Below are positions 33,410 through 47,513 of a DNA stretch of 64,000 bases, in pieces (within the stretch, counting starts at the first letter, position 1; each line of letters begins with the position of its first letter). Origin of the DNA: the human T2T-CHM13v2.0 reference genome, Homo sapiens; NCBI RefSeq assembly GCF_009914755.1, contig NC_060941.1; one strand, given 5' to 3'. The translations under genes and the position numbers were made by a program. Below the pieces are notes generated by a model that worked only from the letters and a program-made list of their open reading frames with translations, was not told where the DNA came from and ran no database searches.

Positions 33410-35167
33410 GGGAAAATTGGCAGAATATGAATCTCCTAGTACCATCACTGAGGTGTAGAATACTGAAAGTTATTATGGAAGAGTTCTGAGATCTTAGCAG
33501 TATAGAGCATTGCACAGTCTTATTCCTCCATTATGGAGAAGAAGGGGCTATTTGGCATGTATTTTCTGAATTTGGGAGCATATTTTAATATAGCAACTCA
33601 TGTTTGCTACTGTTTGAATGAAGAAATTTCACTGAGCATTTTTTAATGAGACACTGGTCAAGAGTGCCAAGCCTGAAATAATCATAATGTATTGTGCCTT
33701 AGAAGAAGATGCAGGCCATTTTCAACTCATTTTACTTCTCTGCAGCCCTTAAAGGGTAAACAAGAGCATGTCAGGGATTCCTGTGGCTCCATATGAAGGG
33801 TCGTGGAGACTAGCAGAAGGGCAGAAACCATCAGACTGCAGTTTCTCCAGGCTAAACAATGGAACATCCAACCTGAAAATGACGTTGGGATAGTGTCCCG
33901 ATGAAATACGGATTTCATTCTAGAAGGAGTTCTTTTGGTAGCAAAGATAGGCATGAAGCTGAACATTGCTCCAAGAAAACCAAACATTGCTTATAAGAAC
34001 CATATAATGTTCACACAGGTAGCCAGTAGCAGATGGCAGAGATACATTTGACTACTTACTAAGTGGTTTCTTCATTCTCTCTTTGCTTCCTTCATAGGAG
34101 ATGTATGAGAATATGAGACTCAAAGAGAGAGAAAAAAGGGAAAGTTCATTTTTAAAAAAAAAGATAAAAAGATAAGCCCTCTCCTTTACTGTAAGCCTCT
34201 AGGTTCAAAAACAGGTTTAGCTTGAGTTAGGACAGGTGGAGAGGAACATAGTTTAGGAAAGGAGGCTGGAGGCAAGGAGATGAGTCTAGAATGGACTTTG
34301 ATATGGAAGCTATAAAAGAAGCAATCTTGAATATTGAAACAAGAGTATACTATTAAACAAGAATGATTGGAAAATTGTGGAGTTGGCCACGAAACTGTTA
34401 AGCAAACCGCTACTCAGGAGAAAGGAAGAGTTATTAGAAAAGGAACACAAGTTCATGTTTATACTTCAACTCTTGAGACTCACTGCAATTCCCTTCTGAC
34501 AGGAATTTTTTTTTGTCTTATATATGGTAGAGTTAATTGTTCTAGAAGCCTACTTCAAGCTAACTTAAGCAACAAAGTGGGATTTATTGGAAAGCCGCTT
34601 GGGTGTCTCACAGAACCCAAGGAAGAGAATTGAGCTGGATTTCACAGGACCTGGAAAACCCTCAGAAACTCAATTGTTCTCTCTCTTTCTTCTCTCTCCA
34701 GTCAGAACCTTCAGGAAGGGGAGAGTGGCTCATGGGCTGAGTGGATAAACCACAAAATGGGTAATATACTATAGGTGAGTTTTAAGTGACAAATGAAGTC
34801 TAAGCTGTTATTGCACTGGTCGGTGACTGAAACTGAAAATGGGAATTAGAGGTTAAGTGGAGGGAATATGTTGCCAAAATGTTAGAAGGATCTTCTTCAA
34901 AGAGAAGTTGAGGCTCTAGAGGATAATGGTAGGGCACAGAGTGGAGGTGAAGCTTGTGAGGGGTGGGGGTCAATGGGGAGGATAGGAGAGCATTCCTGAT
35001 TTTGAGGAGGAAGGATAGAGGGTTTTACTGGTGAATGACGTGAGTAAGTGTCATGACCGCTCGTATTCTCAGGATTCTTCAGTATTGGGAGATGTGACTG
35101 CAGTGGACAGGGCAGTGTCAGAGAGACTAGATTTTATAATAGAAGCTTTTAAATTACCTACCCATCA

Positions 35168-35605
<438 letters not shown>

Positions 35606-36279
35606 TCAGTTATATTTGTTATTGTAATGATGAAATTTATAGACAAACTAATGAAATAGGAGTATAAACATACCAGTATTTTTTAAAAATAAGTTGAATA
35701 TTTTATGACTACATAAACAATAATCTTTTAAAAGTCACTGTCAATTTGATGACTAGGAGTCAGCCATACAACTATAAAAGGTTTTGAGAAAACTGTAAAG
35801 ATCTAAATAGAGGCTGCATTTAGTTTTTTTCCCCACAAGAACCTTTAGGTTCTAGACATTTATTTCAAATAAATGTCAACTCATCTGGATGTAGCTTATG
35901 CAAGAAAGACCTAGAAGAGCTCTTATTATGGACCCCCATTCAATGAAAACACAATGGCCCTTTATTTCTCTTTCAACATGAGGAGGTGGAAGGGCTGTTC
36001 AAGCCCTTCTGTTCACGATAGCCCAGGAGGTCCAGGAGAGAGGCGAGCCGTGGGTGAGCAGGAGTGTCTGGGGAGTGTCAACTTTCCATTGAAAAATACC
36101 CCTATGATCAAGCCATTTCACTTCCGTGGCAATCTTATTTATGTATTCACCAAAATTGGGTGGGAGCTAGTGTTTAGCTGTCATCGTCCGTAGGCTGCTG
36201 TGTTTGGCTCATGGCAGGGTGTGAAACTGGCATCAGGGAGTGTTTGCCAAGTGAATAAGGGTGAGGCTGCCCTTTCCAG

Positions 36280-37500
36280 AGCCGCCGGGAGAAACTCTGG
36301 ATACAGAGACCCTAGCCTGGCGCCAGTCCCAGCGTTCCTCCTAGTCGGGGAGGAATCTGTGGGTGGGAGGTGGGGAGCCTGAAACCCAAATACAACAGCC
36401 ACTCTGGGCTGGGCGTGGTTCCCTGGGAGCTGGGTCTCAGATCCTTTTAAAGCTGATTTCTCCCCGGATCTCCGGGCAAGATGGGCAAGTACACGGTCCG
36501 CGTAGCCACCGGGGATTTGCTCCTGGCGGGCTCTCCCAACCTGGTGCAGCTATGGCTGGTGGGCGAGCACGGGGAGGCAGACCTAGGGAAGCAGCTGCCA
36601 CCGGTGTGGGGAAAGGTGAGCGCGGACTGCGGTGAGAGCTGGGGCCCTGGGACTCAGAGGTGTCACTGGGGGCCGGGGCCATTCGGAGGGTGCTGCTGCC
36701 CCACCCATGAGAAACCTGGGAAGCGGGGTAGGGGCTGAGGTCGGGTGCACTTGGTGCGCCTGATAGGAAAAGCGAGAGGAACAGGAGAGATGAGAGGCAT
36801 TTTCCTGCCCGAGCGGAAGGACAGAGACGCCCGCTGGGGTGGGCACGGCAGGCCCGGGGGGAGGCTGGCGCCCCGCAGTACCAGCTGCTCCTCCTCACCT
36901 CCACCTCTCCCCGGCTGTGCTGTGGAGGGGAAACGGAGCCAGGATTCTCTGAAGGTTCACCGACCCCGCCGTCCTCCCTGAAGACCCCAAAACCTGAGCT
37001 GTGTACTGTCGCGCAGGAGGCAGAGTTTGAGATCGACGTCCCCCTGCACCTGGGGCGCCTCCTGATGGTGAAGCTGCGCAAACACAACGTGCTGTTGAGT
37101 CTCGACTGGTTCTGCAAGTGGATCTCAGTGCAGGGCCCGGGGACCCAAGGCGAGGCCTTTTTCCCCTGCTACCGCTGGGTGCAGGGCCACGGAATTATCT
37201 GCCTGCCTGAGGGTACTGGTGAGCTCGGTGGAGAAGGGGCACAGCCCCTGGCAGGCTGGAGGAAGAAGCGGGTGGGGGGAGGCTACTGTAAAAGAGGGAA
37301 AATGAGAGATGAGGGAGATGGGGAGAAGTGAAGGGGGAGGGTGGCTGATGGGGAGACCCGAGCGCGGAGGGGTGACCAGGGAGGGCATGTGCTCTTGTCC
37401 CTCTCCCCCAGCCCGGACCGTGAGTGATGACCCCCAGAACCTGTTTAAGAAATATCGGGAACAGGAGCTCGAGGAAAGAAGGAAGGTGTACCGTTGAGCC
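36280..37500 (+). promoter_or_regulatory. CpG-rich promoter/5' region of ALOX12P2 with GC/GT box (36411-36419) and TATA-like TTTTAAA (36445-36451)
   Basis: High CpG density relative to the flanks; GGGCGTGGT and TTTTAAA lie 30-70 nt upstream of the ATG at 36481. Confidence 0.7.
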
Positions 37501-38302
37501 CCAGGAAGTCTTTGATCCCCTACCAGATCCCAAGAAACCTGCCACCTGCCTCCTTACCCCTACCTGTGTGTTCTTCCTCCAGGTGGGGCTCCTGGAAAGA
37601 TGGGTTAATCCTGCCTATAGCAGGGAATAGGCAACCGGACCTTCCTAGGGACGAGCGATTCCTCGAGGATAAGGATTTAGACTTTAATGTCTCCCTAGCA
37701 AAAGGGTGAGTACCAGGTAGAGGCTGGGCACTTGCTTCCTAGGGCACAAGGTGGGATGCTTCCTTGATCTTCTTGCACTCCATTCTTTCCACAGGTTGAA
37801 GGACTTGGCCATTAAGGGGACACTGGATTTCATAAATTGTGTGAAAAGGCTGGAAGATTTCAAAAAAATATTCCCACATGGAAAGACTGTCCTGGCTGGT
37901 CAGTTTTCACAACCTCCCAAAACCAATATACAGACTTCCAACCCAGGGATTTGAAAAAGGAGGGGGATGGAGGATTAGATCAGTGGGATTAGGAGTTCGG
38001 AGCTCAGAGCTCACAGGGTGCTCCCCAATTGATGTTCCTAGAGCGGGTTTATGATTCTTGGAAGAATGATGCCTTCTTTGGGTACCAGTTTCTCAATGGT
38101 GCAAACCCCATGCTCCTGAGGTGTTCTTCAAGGCTCCCAGCCTGCCTGGTGCTGCCTCCAGGGATGGAAGACTTGAAGACCCAGCTGGAGAAAGAACTCC
38201 AGGTGCTGCTGGGCTTTCTGCCCATCCACCATCCCAGCCATTACCCCCACCTCCCTTCTCCTCCCATCTCCAGCCCCTTCTCTCATCTCCTCCATCTACA
38301 CC

Positions 38303-38540
38303 CAAGGTTTCTCAACGTTGGCACTATTAACATTCTGCACCACATAATTCTCTGTTGGCTGGCGGGGGGGGGGGGGGGGGGGGCTTTCCTGTGGATCGTA
38401 GGGTGTTTAGTAGCATTCCTGGCCTCTACCCATTGATGCCAGCAGCATCCCCCCGGTTGTGACAACCAAAAATGTGTCTAGATAGTGCTGAATGTCCTGG
38501 GGTTGGGGAGAGGAGGAATTGCCCCTGATTGAGAACATTG
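38303..38540 (+). mobile_element. MER20 hAT DNA transposon in intron 6, containing a G20 run (38364-38383)
   Basis: ttctcaac.ttggcactatt...ctggcctctaccca.tgatgccag...tgacaaccaaaaatgt...ttgagaac; inverted termini. Confidence 0.85.
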
Positions 38541-39879
38541 ATCTACAACATCTCCTCCTGTATCTTCTTTTCTTTCTCCACATTCCTCTCTTCCTTCTTC
38601 ATTGAACATATATCAGCCTTAGGGAAAAGCGCAAGCTTCTGGAGAGAAATAGCAAGAAAAACTAAACAAAGCCTTGGAGAGCTAAAAGCTGAATCTGTTT
38701 TTGGGGGGAGATGGGTAGCTAAAGGAAATATTTTTGCTACATTGGCTAAAGCTGGCAGAAGAGGGGATACGTGAAGAATGCAGTGGCCTTATGTGGTGGA
38801 AAACCAGAAACTTCGCTGCAGGGAGCTCCAAGTCTGAAGGAAGACATCAGTCATGAAAACTTTGCATTCAGTTTTTTGGTTCTGCAGAAAGTGATTGGTG
38901 TTTAAAGTAAAAAAGACTTGGGTGGGTAGAGGAAGGATCCACCCTGGAAAATGAGAGAAGGGCAGCTCCAGAAACAACTCCAACCCTGTTTTCTATTCCT
39001 GCCCCTGGCCCTGTAGGCTGGATCTCTGTTTGAAGTGGATTTCTCCTTGCTGGATGGAGTCAAGCCTAATGTCATCATTTTTAAGCAGCAATGCGTGGCA
39101 GCCCCTTTGGTCATGCTGAAGCTTCAGCCTGATGGAGGACTCTTACCCATGGTCATCCAGGTGAGAGGGCCCAGGTATTTTTCTACCAGACACTGATCTC
39201 CTTTAGGGACTTAGATACACAAGTTCTCAGCCCCCACTCTCTCTCCTGCTCTAGCTCCAGCCACCTTGACACGGATGTCCCCCACCTCTGCTCTTTCTGC
39301 CCTCGCATCCCCCCATGGCCTGGCTCCTGGCCAAGACCTGGGTCCGGAGCTCTGATTTCCAGCTGCAGCAGTTACAGTCACATCTGCTGAGGGGACACTT
39401 GATTGCTGAGGTTATTGCTGTGGCTACAATGAGAAGCTTGCCTAGCCTCCATCCTATCTACAAGGTACTTCAGCATCTCTGTCATTCTGTATCTGACTGT
39501 CCTTCATATTTCAGACTCCTACAAAGAGTCTAACCTTGTACATTTCAGTCTAGCAGCAATCAATTTATATGTGGAGACACATACACAGATACATACACAC
39601 ACGCGTACACATACACAGTAATATGGAAACACCCAGGACACACACTTACTATGAGTTGGGGGGAGAAGTGAGAATAGGTTTTGCAAAGGAGTTGAAATTT
39701 TGGCTGAGGAGGTTTCCAGGTGGGCAAGTGAGGGGTGGAACATTACAGCCACAAAGATCTAAAGAGGCGAGGAAAGAAGGGAACATGGATAATGGCTGAG
39801 ATTGGGTGAGATTAAAGTGTAGGGCATGAGTTGGGATGAGGAGGAAGAAGAAGTGGGAGGAGATGAGAGAAGAAGCCAT

Positions 39880-40600
39880 GTTACTTAGCGGGGAGAAGAA
39901 TCAAGAGTTATTTTCTGACCATGTGGGGCTTCCAATGCCTATAAAGACCCATTTGCACATGTCAGGAGGGCAACTGGATATGTGAGTCTGGAGTTCCTAG
40001 AAGAGGTGTAGGTTGAAAATACAGATTTTAGAGTCATTAGAAAACAAAAGTATCAAAGTCATTGTACTGGATGAAGTTCTCTAGGGTTTGTAGAGAATTT
40101 GACCGAGATATAACTCTAGGGTGAACCAACATTTACAGACTGAGAGAAGGGAGCAGAGTGAGAAAAGAAACAAGAGAAGGAACCTCATTGAGGTAGGAGG
40201 AAAATCAAAAAGTGCAATCCATGGCAGCCAGGAAAAGAAAGCGTTTCAAGAGGGACGCGTGATTATCTGTCTCAAGTGCTGCTGAGAGATCAAGAAAGTT
40301 ACAGAGAAGTGACATTTGGATTTCTCAATATGGAAGTCATTGGTTAATAAATGGACATGCGCCATCTCAGGGAAGTGGAGGAAGCCTGATTCATGGGGGT
40401 GAGCAGCAAATGTGAGGTGGGTAAGCAAAGACAACACTGAGTGAAGATTTGCTGTGAAAGGGAAAGCAAGAAACAGGGAGATGGCAAGACAAGGATGTGG
40501 GGGTCAAGCACAGGTTTTCTTTAGGGTATCCAATATTGCACATGTTTGTATGACAGAGAGAGGAGAAGGAATATAATTATAGGAGGGTGAAGGCAAAAAG
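39880..40600 (-). mobile_element. L2 fragment in intron 8
   Basis: Purine-rich L2 motifs (tggatatgtgagtctggagtt; gtctcaagtgctgctgagagatcaag; atttggattt...gaagtcattgg). Confidence 0.65.
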
Positions 40601-43032
40601 GGATGGGCTCATATGTGGGTACCTGCGAGGATATGGGATTTTTAGAATTCTTCCAAGGACATGAAACTGTGGAAATAAGTGAACTCCTAAAACTTTCACC
40701 ACGGGATGCTCTGAGAAGACATTTTCCCATCTCTATATTCCCAAATGTTACCCTGACCCACTCCAATTTAACGAGAAGTCTCTCCATTTCATAAAGACCC
40801 ATCCTCTCCCTTCTTTTCTGTCACTTCCTTTAACATCCTCTTCCCTCATGGATGCTGGGAACTCTCTTATTTGACCATGTCCCATTTCTTTCTTCCATAA
40901 TCAGCTCCTGATCCCCCACTTCCGCTACACCATGGCGATCAACACGCTGGCCCAGAGTAGTCTTGTCTCCGAATGGGGAATTTTTGACCTGGTATGGAAA
41001 TGGATGGGTGAAGGGGAGGATGGTTCAATATTGGAAGAATCCTAGGGGTTGTTTCCCTTTCCCATTCCTCCCCCAAGCTCTCCTTCCTCCATGGAAGGCC
41101 TCTCCCAAACCTGCCTCATGCCTGAAGAGCTTCCTGCTTAAAAGGGCTAGAGTAGGATCATAGGCCTGGAGTTTCCTGATACTCATCTCCCTCCCTCTGC
41201 AACTTGGCATGGCTGTGGGTTATCCTCAGGTGGTGAGCACTGGTAGTGGAAGCCACGTGGACATTCTTCAGAGAGCCATGGCTTGTTTGACCTATCATTC
41301 CCTCTGTCCTCCTGATGACCTGGCTGACCGTGGGCTCCTGGATGTGAAATCTTCTTTTTATGGCTAAGATGCCATCAGGCTGTGGGGAATCATCAGCCGG
41401 TAGGTGAAGGTGGCACAGAGAGGCAATGAACGGAGGGGCGGGGGACTGTAGGTCCAGAAGGTCCTGCATTGGCCCCTGAGACTGAGTGTCTTCTTCCCAG
41501 GGAATAGGTACGTGGAGGGGATGGTTGGGCTTTTCTACAATAGTGACCAAGCCATGAAGGATGATCTAGAGCTGCAGGCCTGGTGCAGAGAGATGACTGA
41601 GACTGGACTGCAGAGGGCCCAAGACCAGGGGTGAGACATGGATCCTTCCCCACTGAACCCTGTCAACACCCACTCCTCTGCAAACAATCTGCTTCTTCTC
41701 ACATCATCATGAGACACCCCACCTGCCCAAGGAAGCTGAGAATTCTCCAGAGTGTGTCCAGAAATGCTAACAAGCACTCCTGATCTCCCCAGCCCTGTTC
41801 CTACACAGTGTTCTCTCTCCTCTGCACTAAGAGCTTCCTCTGGAACTAGATACAAAACTTCTCTTAGGTATTTTCCCTCACTCTTCCCTCCCCTCTCCCC
41901 ATAGCTCAAGGTTCATCCCAAGTGCATTAACCTTTGAGCACACACAAGGTGGGAGTCCTAGGGTGTGCAGGCCAGAACCACAGAAAAGTTCTTTTCTGTA
42001 TCTCCACATAGCTTTCCCTGCGTGAGACCTATTTCGTGTTCTGGTTTCGAGATCTCTGATTCTCATTTCACCAGGATTCTCATTTCACCAGGTTCCTCAT
42101 CTCCTTAGAGTCCCGGGCTCAGCTCTGCCACTTTGTCACCATGTGCATCTTCACATGCACAGGTCAGCATGCTTCTAACCACCTGGGCCAGGTAACCTAT
42201 GTGATCATCCCACAACGGCTCCTGGGATGGAGAAGTGGGGGATCAAATGCCCAGGTCATCAGCCTGCATTTCTCTGGGCTCTCCTCCCTGCAGCTGGACT
42301 GGTACTCCTGGATCCCTAATGGCCCATGCACCATGCAGAAGCCCCCGCCCATCTCTAAGGATGTGACAGAGAAGGATATAGTGGACTTACTGCCCAATCT
42401 CCACCAGGCACGTATGCAAAAGACCTTCACAAAGTTCCTTGGCAGACGCCAGCCTGTCATGGTGAGAAGCAAATGCCTGGGTCCTGGGAAGGAGGCAGCT
42501 CAAAGGAGGGGAAGTATTCTGGGCTGAGAGTCCCAAGGGGCTGAGCCAACTTGTCTTCTGCCTCTCAGCATGAGGAGAAATATTTCTCTGGTCCTGAGCC
42601 CCAAGCTGTGCTGAGACAATTCCAGGAGGAACTGGCTTCCATGGACAAGGAGATTGAGGTCCGGAATGCAGTCCTGGACCTGCCCTGTGAGTACCTTTGA
42701 CCCAGCATGGTAGAGAACAGCGTGACCATCTGAGAGGCCTTGCCCGCCTCAGCTCCAAAGCTCCACCATCCCTGAGTGCCTTTGAGTATTCCGTCCTCCT
42801 CACATCCTCTGGTGAACAAATTGTCCCCAAAGCTTTGTGGTCAGGGTATCCAGAGCTGCTCACCACACAACTATGGGGAATACACAGTGATGGTCCCCAT
42901 TGCATTTGGAAGTGGCATCCCCCAAAGCTGCCCTACCTTAAATGTCCATCCAGTCCTGCACTTCCTCACCCCGATCCCTGCACACCTCCTCATTGCCAAA
43001 GGACCTGGCTTAGATACAAGTAAAAATATATG

Positions 43033-43038
43033 ATTAAA
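43033..43038 (+). terminator. Probable ALOX12P2 polyadenylation signal ATTAAA
   Basis: 300 nt after the stop codon, followed by GT-rich tatgtgtggtggtgg. Confidence 0.55.
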
Positions 43039-43575
43039 TAACAAAACGGATTATATGTGTGGTGGTGGAAGGTGGGAGGAGAGACCTTGCTTTGTTTCCT
43101 GCCCCTTTATTCAGATTCCAAAGAAGGAAAGAAAAGTTTTCCTGGAATGAAAATTTTTTCTAGCAATCAATGCTTTTTCCAAGGGTATCTTGGAACCTCT
43201 CTAAGTTAAATGACAAGTGTTCTGGATGACTGAGTCCACTGGGGCTAAGAAACCTGGCTCTTGACAAGGGTTTTTGGCTTGAGGCCTCTCTGAATCCTCA
43301 ATAAGCCATCCCTTAGGCTACCTGCAGCAACGCCTCTGGTGCAACTCCCAGCACAGCCCTCCTGCATGATCCCTCCCCAGCTGCATCCCAGCCTTCCTCT
43401 CAGTCCTGTCCCAGGACTCTTGATAAACCCTCTTCTCATCATGCTCTATCCTTGCATCCTTAAAACATACCATCTAGCCCACAGTCCTAGATACTGGAGA
43501 TAAATGGATAAAGAAGGAACTAGTAGGCCAGACTCTATGTTAGAAATTTTAAATATATAATCTCAATTTATCACA

Positions 43576-44024
<449 letters not shown>

Positions 44025-44617
44025 TCATAGCAATAACAGTTAAAAGACTGATCATAAAATCTAGAGGCCAATGAAAGCCTCGGATGGATCTGATGTAATG
44101 GGAAAAAAAGGAGAGATAAAGATTCTTTGAGTCTTTTAAAGAATCTTATGCATTCAAATTACTTATGTCCCATATATTTTTAAAAGGAACATATACAATA
44201 CGGTTAATACGGTAGAAATAGACATGTGTGAGCCATCCAGATTCACCTACTGATGCCCTCAACCTTCTAATGTCCCGTCCTGTTCTGTGTATTGCTTCCG
44301 TCCATCATATGACTTTTTTCAGTAGATGACGAAAGAATTTTAAGATAGCCACAGACCATAGACTCACAGAATCTGACTTGGTTGCTAGAAGTTTTTGTGG
44401 TTGCATGGAATGGTAGCAAGGAGAGTCAGAAGAGAGGGAGGGGATGAGGAAGAGGCAGAGGTCACGCTGAGGTTTTCAGTTGCGGCACAACTGGCGAGAA
44501 ATACAAAGATTCAGAAGGAAGGTTGTTTAAGTTTGATGTAATACTGTGGTTCTTATGGGAAGAAATTAAACAGGTAATTGGAGAGGCTGAACTGAAAAAA
44601 GAAAGGAGGTGAGTTCT

Positions 44618-44894
44618 GGCTGGGCGCGGTGGCTCACGCCTGTAATCCCAGCACTTTGGAAGGCCAAGGTGGGCGGATCACGAGGTCAGGAGATGGAGAC
44701 CATCCTGGCTAACATGGTGAAACCCCGTCTCTACTTAAAAAAAATACAAAAAATTAGCCGGGCGTGGTGGCGGGAGGCTGAGGCATGAGAATGGCGTGAA
44801 CCGGGAGGCGGAGCTTGCAGTGAGCCGAGATCGAGCCACTGCACTCCAGCCTGGGCGACAGAGAGAAACTCCGTCTCAAGAGAAAAAAAAAAAA
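44618..44894 (+). mobile_element. AluY with a small internal deletion
   Basis: gaatggcgtgaacc...gcggagcttgcag; TSD ggaggtgagttct. Confidence 0.9.
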
Positions 44895-44988
44895 ATGGAG
44901 GTGAGTTCTACAGTTTGGATGACTTAGGAGCTGAATTTATGAACAAGGGAAAAAGAAGAGGCAGAGGGCCAAGGTGTCCTTGGCCCTA

Positions 44989-45396
<408 letters not shown>

Positions 45397-45439
45397 TCAT
45401 CACTTCCTATGACTGGGTTGTCTCCCTGAGCTCTCTCAT

Positions 45440-45918
<479 letters not shown>

Positions 45919-47085
45919 TAACGACTCTTTTACTCAGATAATCTGTTCAGGCACCTGTGCCTATGAGAGGCTTACTGTGATCTCTGAATCTATGTTTGTG
46001 GTAATCCTACGTGGACTGCTCACCTCTAGATGTCTTATGAAATCACCTCCCCTTATTTCTACAACAGGCTCAAATTGCCTTCGGGAATCATTAAAGCTCA
46101 GTGTTCTGGCTTTGATTGGTCCTTCGCTCCCTAGTCCGCCTGCACTCATGTAGGGTCATGCTATTACAAAACTCCACAGGGTACCATTTATGTTGTATTC
46201 CATGTGGAAGGTGTCCTCTGGAGTTTGGCAATATAGCAGCTGTCTGTAAAAATGATATTGAAAGCATCCTGAGTTCTGGAGCTGCGCCGATTCTATTAGG
46301 CTGAGAACCCCAGTTTCAAGTTCATCTCTTCATTTTTCTCTCATTCCATTTCACAGCGGCTTAACAGCAGGTCCTTTGTATTCGTTTCTGGCCCATAGAG
46401 GGATCTTTATTCAAAATCACAGGGTTGTCTCTAAATTTCTGCTAAGCTAATGAATGGTGTTAGTATGTTCTCTTCTCCAGGGCAGAGGCAGAGTTTTTTT
46501 TTTTTTTAATTAGCCAAAAGCAACATTACACAATAAATCACATATCATTGTAGAAGAGAAGAGTTAACTATTATAACTAAAAGATAAAATGCCATGGCAT
46601 TCAGGCAACGGTGGATTAGAAGTACTTCGAACCTATCAGTTCTGTAAAGCCTAGCTTAAGTCTGTTGGTCTAACTTTCTAACTAGACTTACCTTCCTTTA
46701 GAAAATATTTGATGTGCAGAGAGCTAGACTGAGGATCTAGCAGTCACAGATCACCTTAATTCAATCAGGAACTAAGATTATTTGATGCTGGGTTTTAACC
46801 CCTTTAAGGCCTGAATTTCCACCCCACCTTTACTGCTAGGGTGCAGCTCTTTGAGGTCCCAACCCAAAGTGGGTGAGAAAGAGACAGAGAGAGAGATACA
46901 GGGATGGTCGAGAATCCTTCAAAGACAACATCAGCCACAGATTAAAGAGAAATCTTCAATGTGGAGAAAAATCTCATTACTTTCACATGGGCATCAATAA
47001 TACAGGTAGCATTTTCTCAAATGAAACATTAGCTGCCAGAGACAATGAATAATCTTGGAAGTGTTGAAAGAAAATACCTGCCAGA

Positions 47086-47513
<428 letters not shown>

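Larger units (their letters stand above)
36481..42733 (+). pseudogene. ALOX12P2: Arachidonate 12-lipoxygenase pseudogene 2 (epidermal-type 12-LOX, counterpart of mouse Alox12e), unprocessed, 14 exons
   Basis: Exons: 36481-36615, 37017-37218, 37412-37493, 37583-37705, 37795-37898, 38042-38202, 39017-39160, 39255-39464, 40905-40991, 41230-41399, 41508-41630, 42092-42191, 42294-42461, 42569-42733 (1974 nt, 657 codons plus stop). PLAT start MGKYTVRVATG; WLLAKTWVR; iron ligands SHLLRGH and QHASNH; C-terminal ENSVTI. In-frame stops at 39267, 41365 and 42698. Confidence 0.95.

Noticed and set aside
36437-37117. 226-aa minus-strand ORF
   Set aside because: Antisense to GC-rich ALOX12P2 exons 1-2; stop depletion is explained by base composition.
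41491-41507. Competing AG 7 nt upstream of the exon 11 acceptor as an additional lesion
   Set aside because: Cannot tell from the sequence whether it is ancestral or used.
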